The notes under the pieces are model-generated. The model did no database searches. It saw only the letters and a list, made by a program, of their open reading frames with translations, and was not told the origin of the DNA. A stretch of DNA of 64,000 nt from Terriglobia bacterium (lineage in GTDB: Bacteria; Acidobacteriota; Terriglobia; 20CM-2-55-15), in the NCBI GenBank assembly GCA_965198225.1, contig CBDAOY010000008.1:1234070-1298069 (forward strand), given 5' to 3'. The position numbers were made by a program, and so were the translations under genes. This document shows positions 30,690-39,366 of this stretch, piece after piece; the first letter of the stretch is position 1, and the number at the start of each line of letters is the position of its first letter.

Positions 30690-33151
30690 GAGCCCTGGCA
30701 CTGGCCCTACAGCCGGCACTGATCGGCATCCTGGTCAAGGGGACCCTGGTCCTTCTTGTGGCCGCAGCCGCCAGTCTCCTGCTTCGGCGAGGGTCCGCCG
30801 CCGGTCGCTATTTGATCTGGAGTTCCGCTCTCGTTGTCCTGATCGCTCTCCCGATTCTGCTGGTTGCGTTACCTTCATGGAATCTACCTTTTGATACAAG
30901 TCTCTTAAACCTCGACTTAACAGCACCCGAACCGGTCTCTCAGCCGGTCGTGGGACAGGAGTCCCCAGTCGCGGAAACGGAGGCCGTTGACAGGTTCGAC
31001 GCCCAAAGGCCGGGCTCGCTGGAGGCAGCCGGGACAATGCCTGAGGCAGGCCCGCCTGACACGAGCAGGGACGATGTTGCCGCCCCGCCGCGTCTCTCGC
31101 CCGCCATGTCGAGGATCAGCCGGGCGAACACGGCGGCCTTTGTCATCTGGATCGTCGGAAGCTTCTGCGTCCTGGGCCGCTTGTTGTTCGGGTTTGTGGG
31201 AATCTGGTGGCTCGCGCGCCACGCCCGACCGGTCATGGATCGCGAGCTCCTCGACCTTGCCCGCAAGCTGTCGGACGACATCGGTCTCAAGACCCCCGTC
31301 CGTCTGCTCCAAAGCGATCGGTCGATCACGCCGATGACCTGGGGCATCACATGGCCCGCGATCCTCTTGCCGAAAGACGCCACCGAATGGTCCGATGAAC
31401 GCCGGCGGATGATCCTGCTTCACGAGCTGGCACACGTGAAGCGCCGCGACTGCCTCGTTCAGTTCGTCGTCTGGCTGGCCTGCAGCCTCTACTGGATGAA
31501 TCCTTTGGTCTGGATCGCGGTCCGGAAGATGCACATCGAACGGGAGCGAGCCTGTGACGACCTGGTCCTCGATTCCGGATTCCAGGGAAGCGATTACGCC
31601 GAGCATCTGCTCGAAATCGCCAAGTCCCTGCGGACGGCGCCGCTATCGGCGCTCACGACTGTGGCCATGGCCCACCGCTCACACTTCGAGACCCGACTCC
31701 TGGCGATACTGGATCCCCGCCTGCGCCGCCGCGAATGGAGCCGAGTCGCCTCGATCGCCTTCGTCATGGTCGCAGTCCTTGGTGCGACCGCTCTCGCAAC
31801 GGTGCAGACGAGCAGTTCTGAAACGGCGGAACCCGCCCCGGAGGAACGACTCGTCGCTGGAGTCGACCCGTCCCCGGCACCTGGCCCCGAGCCTATGCCG
31901 AGCCCCGGACCTGCGCTCGAGCCGGGACCGATGCCGAATCCAGTTCCTCCCCAGTTGACCCAGGCCCTGGAGAACGCGAGAACACAGCTCCTCCCAAGGC
32001 TCGAGTTATCCGTGCGCCCCCTGCTCGAGCAGACCCTCCCGGATGTGGAGGACATGGTCCGTTCGGCCGAGTTCAGGTTCCGTCAATCCCAAGCCGCGTC
32101 CCAACTCACGGAAGAGGAGCGGGAAAGCCTTCGCGCATCGCTGGCCGTCACGCTGCAGGACGAAGATCCGGGCGTCCGGCAGGCCGCCGCGCTGGCTTTG
32201 GCCCAACTCGGGGACGAACGAGCGACCGACGCTCTGATTGGCGCATTGTCGGATGAGGATCCAGACGTCCGGCGCGACGCAGCTTATGCTCTGGGCGAAA
32301 TCGAGGACTTGCGAGCGCTCCAGCCGATCCTGGCGCTGCTATCGGACTCCGCATCGGACGTCCGGCGAGCCGCCGCCTGGGTACTTGGCGAACTGGACGA
32401 CCCGCAGGCGGTAGAGCCGCTGATCACCTCGCTCAGAGACGACAATTCCGAAGTTCGGCGCGCCGCTGTCTTGGCGCTGGCCGAGATCGAGGACGCCCGG
32501 GCGCTGGACTCTTTGATCGATGCCATGAGCGACCCGACCGCCGAAGTGCGACGACACGCCGCGTGGGCGCTGGGCGAATTCGATGACCCGCGTGCGTTCG
32601 ACCCATTGATCGAGGCGCTCGACGATACCAATGCAGAGGTCCGGAGATTCGCCGCGGCCGCACTGGGCGAAATCGACGACCCGCGGGCCGTCGAACCACT
32701 AATCGCCGCGCTCGGTGACGAATACCCTGAAGTTCGAAGATCCGCCGCCATGGCGCTCGGTGAACTGGATGAGCCCCGCGCCGTTGAACCACTGATCGCG
32801 GCGCTGAACGACACCTACTCGGAAGTGCGAAGGTTCGCTGCGGCCGCGCTCGGCGAACTGGATGATCCTCGTGCTCTGGATGCTTTGATCGTCGCTCTCG
32901 AAGACGAGAACGCCGACGTCCGAAGATTCGCCGCCGGGGCCCTTGGCGAGCTCAGCGACGAGCGGTCGGTCGATGCGTTGATGTCGATCCTCGACGACGA
33001 AAACGCCGAGGTACGCCGTTTCGCGTTGTACGCTCTGGCGGAGATCGGCGATCTCCGCGCCCTGGGCCCCATCCGCGCAGCTCTTACAGATGCGAATGCC
33101 GAGGTACGCCGGGCCGCGGCGCACGCAATCCAGGAGATCCTCGACAACTAA
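30686..33151 (+). CDS. M56 (BlaR1-like) metallopeptidase fused to a HEAT-like repeat array
   Basis: LHELAHVKRRD, WMNPLVW, ERERACDD; Pro-rich linker; 11 HEAT_PBS-type repeats. Confidence 0.9.
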   Translation: MRALALALQPALIGILVKGTLVLLVAAAASLLLRRGSAAGRYLIWSSALVVLIALPILLVALPSWNLPFDTSLLNLDLTAPEPVSQPVVGQESPVAETEAVDRFDAQRPGSLEAAGTMPEAGPPDTSRDDVAAPPRLSPAMSRISRANTAAFVIWIVGSFCVLGRLLFGFVGIWWLARHARPVMDRELLDLARKLSDDIGLKTPVRLLQSDRSITPMTWGITWPAILLPKDATEWSDERRRMILLHELAHVKRRDCLVQFVVWLACSLYWMNPLVWIAVRKMHIERERACDDLVLDSGFQGSDYAEHLLEIAKSLRTAPLSALTTVAMAHRSHFETRLLAILDPRLRRREWSRVASIAFVMVAVLGATALATVQTSSSETAEPAPEERLVAGVDPSPAPGPEPMPSPGPALEPGPMPNPVPPQLTQALENARTQLLPRLELSVRPLLEQTLPDVEDMVRSAEFRFRQSQAASQLTEEERESLRASLAVTLQDEDPGVRQAAALALAQLGDERATDALIGALSDEDPDVRRDAAYALGEIEDLRALQPILALLSDSASDVRRAAAWVLGELDDPQAVEPLITSLRDDNSEVRRAAVLALAEIEDARALDSLIDAMSDPTAEVRRHAAWALGEFDDPRAFDPLIEALDDTNAEVRRFAAAALGEIDDPRAVEPLIAALGDEYPEVRRSAAMALGELDEPRAVEPLIAALNDTYSEVRRFAAAALGELDDPRALDALIVALEDENADVRRFAAGALGELSDERSVDALMSILDDENAEVRRFALYALAEIGDLRALGPIRAALTDANAEVRRAAAHAIQEILDN
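32159..33148 (+). repeat. 11 x 93-bp (31-aa) HEAT-like coding repeats
   Basis: D..xEVRRxAAxALGExxD.RA..PLI.AL periodicity. Confidence 0.9.
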
Positions 33152-33192
33152 GCGCAGCCGGTCGAGAGCGCAAACAGGTGGAGTGTGTCCGA

Positions 33193-35619
33193 ATGGAAAA
33201 CATTCTGAAGAACCTCCGATATGCAATGCGTCTGATGGCAAGGGAACCTTTGTTTACCGCGGGCGTCGTCATCACACTGGCGCTCGGGATCGGCGCGAAC
33301 ACGGCCGTGTTCACCGTGGTCAACTCCATCCTGTTGCGCCCGCTTCCGTACGACGAGCCCGAACGGCTGGTCCGGGTCTGGGAAAACGATCGCATCCGGG
33401 GAACCACGCGGGAATGGGCATCTATCCCGGATTACTTCGATTTCAAGGAACGGAGCCGCTCGTTCGAGGACATGGGAGGCTACACCGCCGCCGGTATCAC
33501 CTTCACCGGTCCCGAAGACCTGCCCGAGAGGATCGTCAGCTATTCCGTCACGCACAACCTGTTCCCTCTCCTCGGGGTCGCACCGATCGCAGGTCGAGTG
33601 TTCCTGGAAGAAGAAGATGTGCCGAGCGGTCCCCGGGTCGTGATCCTGAGCGAGCACGTCTGGAACCGACGATTCGGGGGCGACATGAACCTGATCGGAA
33701 ACACCGTGGAAATCGACGGGGCCCAATCCACCGTCGTCGGTGTCATGCCCGAAGACTTCGACTTCCCGTTGCCCACGGTCGACGCCTGGATTCCAGTTCA
33801 GACGAGTCCCACGACGTCGATCCGAGGGCAACACGGCTTCCGGATCTACGGCCGCCTCCGGCCGGGCGTCTCACTCGAGGCGGCACAGGCGGAAATGACG
33901 GCAATCGCGGGGCAACTCGAGGAAGAGTACCCGAACGACAACCTCGGCCGCGGCGTCGACGTCGTGTCGATGCAGGAAGACATCACGGGCAACGTCCGCC
34001 CGGCCTTGCTGCTCTTCCTCGCCGCAGTCGGATTTGTGTTGCTGATCGCCACCGCCAACGTGGCCAACCTGCTGCTGGCACGTTCAGCAGGCCGGACGAG
34101 AGAGGTGGCGATTCGAAGGGCGCTCGGCGCGCGTGCCTCGCAGCTCGTGACGCAGTTGTTGACCGAGAGCGTGATCCTCTCGCTCATCGGCGCGCTCGTG
34201 GGCACCGCGTTCGCCTACGCGGCGCTGCGCCTGCTTGTCACCTTCGATGTCGGTAACCTTCCTCGGCTGCAGGAGCTGGCGCTGGACGGGCGCATCCTGA
34301 TTTTCACGCTGCTCGTGTCGCTGGCGACTGGCCTCCTGTTCGGGCTCGCACCGGCCCTGAACGCGGCTCGGGGCCGGACCAGCGAGGCGCTCAAAGAACG
34401 CGGCCGGGGCTCGGACGGCGCCGGGCCCGGACGCGGGCGGATACGCCACCTCCTCGTCGTCGGTGAGATCGCTCTGGCGGTGCTCCTCGTCATCGGGGCG
34501 GGACTGCTCATCCGGAGTTTTTGGAGTCTTCTGGAAGTGGATCCCGGCTTCAACCCGGACAGACTCGTCAAGTTTCAGTTTCAACTGCCCGCCAACCGGT
34601 ACCCCCAGGACTTTGGAAACTTCCCAAACTGGGAAACCATCATCGCATTCCAAAACGAGTTGACCGATCGCGTCCGGCCGCTGCCAGGCGTCGACTCCAT
34701 GGCGCAGGGCTACAGCCATCCTCTGGATTCGGGTTTCACGACCCGGTTCTCAGTGGAAGGGCAGCCGCCGGTCCCACCCGGTGAGCAGGAAGAGGTCCGC
34801 GTTCGGGCCGTCAGCGCCGACTACCTCCGAACCGTGGGAATACCGTTGATCCGGGGCAGGCAGTTCGACGGACGGGATCATCCCGACGCCGTTCGCGTGG
34901 CGATGATCAACGATGCATTCCGCCGACGCTACATCCCCGACGAAGACCCAATCGGCAAGAACATCCAGATATTCGGCCGCCCCTACCAGCTCGTCGGGAT
35001 CGTGGGCGACGTCAAATTCCTAGGACTCGGTAACGCGGTTGCTCCCGCGCTCTACCCTCACATCGACCAGTTCCCTTTCGGTTTCTCCAGCCTCCTGATT
35101 CGAACGGGGATGGAACCGGCGCAACTGATTCCTTCCGTGCAGGCCCAGGTTCGGGAAATAGACCCACAGTTGGCCGTCTACCAGATCCAGACGATGGACG
35201 AACTCCTGTCCGGCTCCATCGCCCGGCCGCGGTTCAACATGTGGCTGCTTGCAACCTTTGCCGCCGTCACCCTGGCCCTGGCTGGCGTGGGCGTCTACGG
35301 GGTTATGGCGTATTCAGTCGCCCGGCGGACTCATGAGATCGGAGTTCGGATGGCGCTCGGAGCGGCTCGGCGGGACGTCGTCGGAATGGTGCTGAAACAG
35401 GGGTTGGGTCTGACGGCTGTAGGAACGGCACTGGGATTGGCCGGTGCTTACGGCCTGACCCGGCTGATGTCGAGCCTGCTCTTCGGCGTCGAAGCAACCG
35501 ATCCCCGAACGTTCATGGCGGTGGCTCTCGTCCTGGCACTGGTTGCGCTCATCGCCAGCTACGTTCCGGCACACCGCGCGATGCGGGTCGATCCCATGGT
35601 CGCGCTGCGATACGAATAG
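33193..35619 (+). CDS. ADOP-family duplicated ABC permease
   Basis: [48 protein letters not shown]. Confidence 0.93.
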   Translation: MENILKNLRYAMRLMAREPLFTAGVVITLALGIGANTAVFTVVNSILLRPLPYDEPERLVRVWENDRIRGTTREWASIPDYFDFKERSRSFEDMGGYTAAGITFTGPEDLPERIVSYSVTHNLFPLLGVAPIAGRVFLEEEDVPSGPRVVILSEHVWNRRFGGDMNLIGNTVEIDGAQSTVVGVMPEDFDFPLPTVDAWIPVQTSPTTSIRGQHGFRIYGRLRPGVSLEAAQAEMTAIAGQLEEEYPNDNLGRGVDVVSMQEDITGNVRPALLLFLAAVGFVLLIATANVANLLLARSAGRTREVAIRRALGARASQLVTQLLTESVILSLIGALVGTAFAYAALRLLVTFDVGNLPRLQELALDGRILIFTLLVSLATGLLFGLAPALNAARGRTSEALKERGRGSDGAGPGRGRIRHLLVVGEIALAVLLVIGAGLLIRSFWSLLEVDPGFNPDRLVKFQFQLPANRYPQDFGNFPNWETIIAFQNELTDRVRPLPGVDSMAQGYSHPLDSGFTTRFSVEGQPPVPPGEQEEVRVRAVSADYLRTVGIPLIRGRQFDGRDHPDAVRVAMINDAFRRRYIPDEDPIGKNIQIFGRPYQLVGIVGDVKFLGLGNAVAPALYPHIDQFPFGFSSLLIRTGMEPAQLIPSVQAQVREIDPQLAVYQIQTMDELLSGSIARPRFNMWLLATFAAVTLALAGVGVYGVMAYSVARRTHEIGVRMALGAARRDVVGMVLKQGLGLTAVGTALGLAGAYGLTRLMSSLLFGVEATDPRTFMAVALVLALVALIASYVPAHRAMRVDPMVALRYE

Positions 35620-35628
35620 GAGGTTCCG

Positions 35629-35822
35629 TTGAACGGTCTTCTGCAGGACATTCGATACGGCGCTAAGAATCCGGGCTTCGCGGCGGTCGCACTGCTGGCT
35701 CTCGCCCTGGGCATCGGCGCCAACACTGCGATCTTCACACTCGTCCACGCTGTTCTCAGGGGCTGCTGCTCGCCGTGGCAGGCGTGGGAGTTGGTCTGGT
35801 CGCCGCCTTCTTGTTAATGAGA
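35629..35822 (+). pseudogene. Collapsed ADOP permease remnant
   Basis: [25 protein letters not shown] joined to a C-terminal-type [19 protein letters not shown] segment in another frame. Confidence 0.7.
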
Positions 35823-36983
35823 ACACCGAAAATCATTGCCGGAATGTTCCTGGTGGCCACTCTGACGGTGACTGCCTGTTCACCCGACAACAGGGTGGCC
35901 TCCCTTCCAGGGCCGGACGAGAGACTTCAGGGGGTTGACCGAGCGGTATCAGCCTATATGGCCGAGCAGCAGGTGCCCGGCTTATCCCTGGCGATTGTCG
36001 ACAACAACGAAATCATCTTCAATTCCGGATTCGGAAAGGCAGATCTGGAAAGCGGTTCCAACGTCGATACCGCTACGGTTTTCCGAGTCGCTTCCCTTAC
36101 GAAGGCGATGACGGCAACGGCAATACTGCTGCTATCAAATGACGGCGAGCTCGATCTCGACGCCCCCGTCCAGGAGTATTGCGCGACCTTCGGTCAAAAG
36201 CGCTGGCCCGTGACGGCCCGACTGCTCCTCTCCCACCTCGGCGGCGTCCGCCACTACGCGGACGGCTCCAATGAGTTCCGCAACACCACTCACTTCACCA
36301 GCGTCGGAGAAGCGCTCGACGTGTTCAAGGATGATCCCCTTCTGCACGAACCCGGCACGGCTTTCGAATACTCCAGCTTCGGTTACGACCTCCTCGGATG
36401 CGCCATCGAAGGCGCTTCGGGGCTTAGCTTTTCCGAGTATCTGGACGAGCACGTCTTCAGCCCGGCCGGAATGACCCGCACGATGCCCGACAACATCTAC
36501 CAGGTGATACCCAACCGGACGCGAGGCTACATGTCGATGAGCGATGCCTCGGCCCAGTTCTGGCCGGATCGCTACAAGGAATTCATGACCCCAGGCGAGA
36601 TACATCACGCCGACCTCTACGACGCCAGCATCAACTACGCCGGCGGTGGCCTGCTGTCGACCTCTGGTGACCTGGCCCGGTTCGTCCTAGCCTATCAGTC
36701 CGGCCGACTCGTCAGCGATGAAACGCGGCATGAAATGTGGACCGTTCAGGAAACGACGGCGGGCGAAGCAACCACCTGGGGTCTTGGTTGGATCATCGCG
36801 GACATGAACGGCGAGGAACAGATACCGAGACTGTCGGGCAGCAACTCGGGCGTCTCCTCCGGAATGGTCCTGCTTCCGGAGCAGGACTTTGCCGTGGTCG
36901 TTCTGACCAACCTGGAATTCATCGACACCTACCCGCTGATCGTCACCATCGGACGCCTCTTCGGACATTTTCCTGAAGAATAA
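35817..36983 (+). CDS. Beta-lactamase family (class C-like) serine hydrolase, probable lipoprotein
   Basis: Lipobox VTAC; ASLTK, LLSHLGG, YSSFGY, GGGL.ST..DLARF. Confidence 0.88.
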   Translation: MRTPKIIAGMFLVATLTVTACSPDNRVASLPGPDERLQGVDRAVSAYMAEQQVPGLSLAIVDNNEIIFNSGFGKADLESGSNVDTATVFRVASLTKAMTATAILLLSNDGELDLDAPVQEYCATFGQKRWPVTARLLLSHLGGVRHYADGSNEFRNTTHFTSVGEALDVFKDDPLLHEPGTAFEYSSFGYDLLGCAIEGASGLSFSEYLDEHVFSPAGMTRTMPDNIYQVIPNRTRGYMSMSDASAQFWPDRYKEFMTPGEIHHADLYDASINYAGGGLLSTSGDLARFVLAYQSGRLVSDETRHEMWTVQETTAGEATTWGLGWIIADMNGEEQIPRLSGSNSGVSSGMVLLPEQDFAVVVLTNLEFIDTYPLIVTIGRLFGHFPEE

Positions 36984-37025
36984 GAAGATTACCCGCGGAG
37001 GCACACCACGGAGAACAAGTCGCTA

Positions 37026-37184
37026 AGCGGAATGGTCCGTCAGAGAGCCACTGTGGGGGAGACAGGGGCCTGGCCCTGGCCCCGGGCGTTCGCTTAAGCG
37101 GAAAAATCGACGGGCGCCGCCACATTTTCGTCCCCACTCTCATTCTCGCAGGACATTCCGGTGGATCTTGCCGCTGACTGTCTT
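37026..37184. repeat. Direct repeat, left copy (includes degenerate 3' end of the acyl-CoA synthetase gene)
   Basis: Aligns with 41788-41953; minus strand reads KTVSGKIHRNVLRE*EWG. Confidence 0.85.
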
Positions 37185-37304
37185 TAGACTAACCGGAGAT
37201 TCGACTCTTATAGGATAATCCAGCTACCCTCACGCAGCACTTTTGACCCCATGATGCGAAAAGACGGTGGCTGTTTTTCTGACTTCAATCTGAATGCGGG
37301 AGTG

Positions 37305-37440
37305 GGCCTGCGCAAGCTGAAACGCAACGGGGGCCGCGTTCTGGCGCAGGACGAAGCCAGCAGCGTCGTATTCGGCTTCCTGGCGAGACGGTGGCGCAGC
37401 GCCTGGCCGACCAGATGATACCCCTGACAAGATACCGCAG
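37305..37440 (+). pseudogene. cheB: CheB methylesterase C-terminal remnant
   Basis: GLRKLKRNGGRVLAQDEASSVVFG then frameshifted GETVAQRLADQMIPL. Confidence 0.7.
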
Positions 37441-37609
37441 ACCCTGACAGCCCCGGTAAACGACTCGTCCCGGCCGGTGGGGTGGAAGGTAGGGCTGAAT
37501 GCGGAACTGCTTCCGGTGGGCTCCATTGGCCGGTGACAACCAACGGTGACGGGCTGAACCCCGGATCTGCAAACATATGCACGTGACGCCGTAAAAGGGA
37601 GTCGATGAG

Positions 37610-38908
37610 ATGCCGAAGATAACGCGTCCGAAAGAGGCCCCGAAAGCGGCGGTAGTCCGCAACCTCGAGCGGGAAATGATTGAGGTGCAAGGCACCGGTA
37701 CCTTTGAGGAGGCGCTGCACCTCCTTGCCCTCCAAGCCAGGCTGATCGTTGGCGCACACCAGTCCGCTCTGAGTTATATCCCCGATGGAAACTTCAAAGC
37801 CGCCACGCATACGCACTCTTTTTCCGATAAATACAGAAAATACGACACCTATGACGTGATGCCGACGGGCGGAGGGATCTGGGGGCTGATTGTAGAAAAT
37901 CGCATCCCTGTGAGAATGACCCAAGAGGAACTCATTTCTCATCCAAGTTGGAAGGAGTTCAGCGGCCTGAAGGACGAACGAGGTCTGGAACATCCTGCAA
38001 TGCGCGGGTGGCTGGCAGTGCCCATCCTTCGGCAAGATGGAGGTTTTATCGGAGTTCTCCAGTTAAGCGATAAGCTTGAAGGAGATTTTACTGAAGATGA
38101 CCAGGAGGAACTGCGCCGTCTCGGGGACCTGGTCAGACCGACGTTTGAACTCCGGTATCTGAATGAGGAGCTCCAGAAGCATGCAGCCGAACTGGAGTTT
38201 AGCAACAAAGAACTGGAAGCTTTCACTTATTCCGTATCTCACGACCTGCGAGCCCCCCTCCGGCACATTCACGGATATACCAAGATCCTCGTAGACGAAT
38301 ATGGCGCGAACCTCCCGGATGAAGGATTACAGTTTCTCGAGCAAATCCGAAACAGCGCGTTACGGATGGACGGGCTCATAGGGGATCTGCTCGACCTGTC
38401 CCGCATCGGAAGGGAGAAGCCGAGCCTCCAAGCAACTGGATTGAATACACTGGTAGAGGAAGCTTTGTCCGAGCTGAGGGACGCAACCGAAGGGCGACGG
38501 ATCGAATGGAAGGTTGCTAGCTTGCCGTTTCTGGTATGTGATCCCGGCTTGATGCGACAGGTTTTTCGGAACCTGTTGTCGAACGCCGTTAAGTTCACGC
38601 GCCCACATGAGACGGCAACGATTCAAGTTGGGATGGAAATCCTGAACGAGGAGCAAGTCTTCTTCGTACGTGACGACGGCGTGGGATTCGACATGAGGTT
38701 CGCCGACAAGCTGTTCGGGGTTTTCCAACGGCTTCACCGTCAGGAAGATTTTGAAGGGACGGGAATCGGACTGGCCATCGTCGGGCGTATCATCCACAAC
38801 CACGGTGGCCGAGTGTGGGCTGAGGCTGAGCTGAACCGAGGGGCCACTGTTTACTTTACATGCGGACCACCAGGGAACCAGCAGACATCGCGGGGAGAGG
38901 GCTTATGA
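37610..38908 (+). CDS. GAF-domain sensor histidine kinase
   Basis: WLAVPI GAF strand; YSVSHDLRAPLR, NLLSNAVKF, DDGVGF, GTGIGL. Confidence 0.9.
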   Translation: MPKITRPKEAPKAAVVRNLEREMIEVQGTGTFEEALHLLALQARLIVGAHQSALSYIPDGNFKAATHTHSFSDKYRKYDTYDVMPTGGGIWGLIVENRIPVRMTQEELISHPSWKEFSGLKDERGLEHPAMRGWLAVPILRQDGGFIGVLQLSDKLEGDFTEDDQEELRRLGDLVRPTFELRYLNEELQKHAAELEFSNKELEAFTYSVSHDLRAPLRHIHGYTKILVDEYGANLPDEGLQFLEQIRNSALRMDGLIGDLLDLSRIGREKPSLQATGLNTLVEEALSELRDATEGRRIEWKVASLPFLVCDPGLMRQVFRNLLSNAVKFTRPHETATIQVGMEILNEEQVFFVRDDGVGFDMRFADKLFGVFQRLHRQEDFEGTGIGLAIVGRIIHNHGGRVWAEAELNRGATVYFTCGPPGNQQTSRGEGL

Positions 38909-39348
38909 GAGAAGAAGGCAGGGTTGTTTTAGTCGAGGACAATCCCAACGACATCGAGTTGACCTTACGAAGCTGGAGTCGGCACCCGCGGACGTATCCT
39001 GTGCATGTCTTGAGAGACGGCCAGGAAGCCCTCGATTTTCTGTTCCGCGAAGGGCAGCACGAAGGGCGGGCCGCTGGGGAGCCTCCCAAACTGATCCTGC
39101 TGGACCTGAAACTCCCGAAGGTGGATGGTCTGGAAGTGCTTCGTCGGATCAAGGAAGATCCCCGGACTCGGATGATTCCCGTGGTGGTTTTCTCATCGTC
39201 GAACCAAGAAGCCGACCTACTCGAGAGCTACAAGCTCGGAGTCAATAGTTTTGTTCAAAAGCCGATCGATTTTACGGCCTTTCAGGCAGTCGTGAAACAG
39301 TTGCAACCTTACTGGATGGAAACAAACCAGGTTGCCTCGAACCACTGA
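38905..39348 (+). CDS. Single-domain response regulator (Rcp1-like)
   Basis: LVEDNPND, LLDLKLPKVDG, NSFVQKP. Confidence 0.92.
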   Translation: MREEGRVVLVEDNPNDIELTLRSWSRHPRTYPVHVLRDGQEALDFLFREGQHEGRAAGEPPKLILLDLKLPKVDGLEVLRRIKEDPRTRMIPVVVFSSSNQEADLLESYKLGVNSFVQKPIDFTAFQAVVKQLQPYWMETNQVASNH

Positions 39349-39366
39349 GTGTTTGACTCAGGTGCC

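Noticed and set aside
32159-33148. Regular 93-bp repeats as a CRISPR array
   Set aside because: They are in-frame degenerate coding repeats without unique spacers; no cas genes
20056-36983. Bona fide beta-lactam resistance locus
   Set aside because: The two hydrolases show only family-level motifs and the M56 protein lacks a penicillin-binding domain
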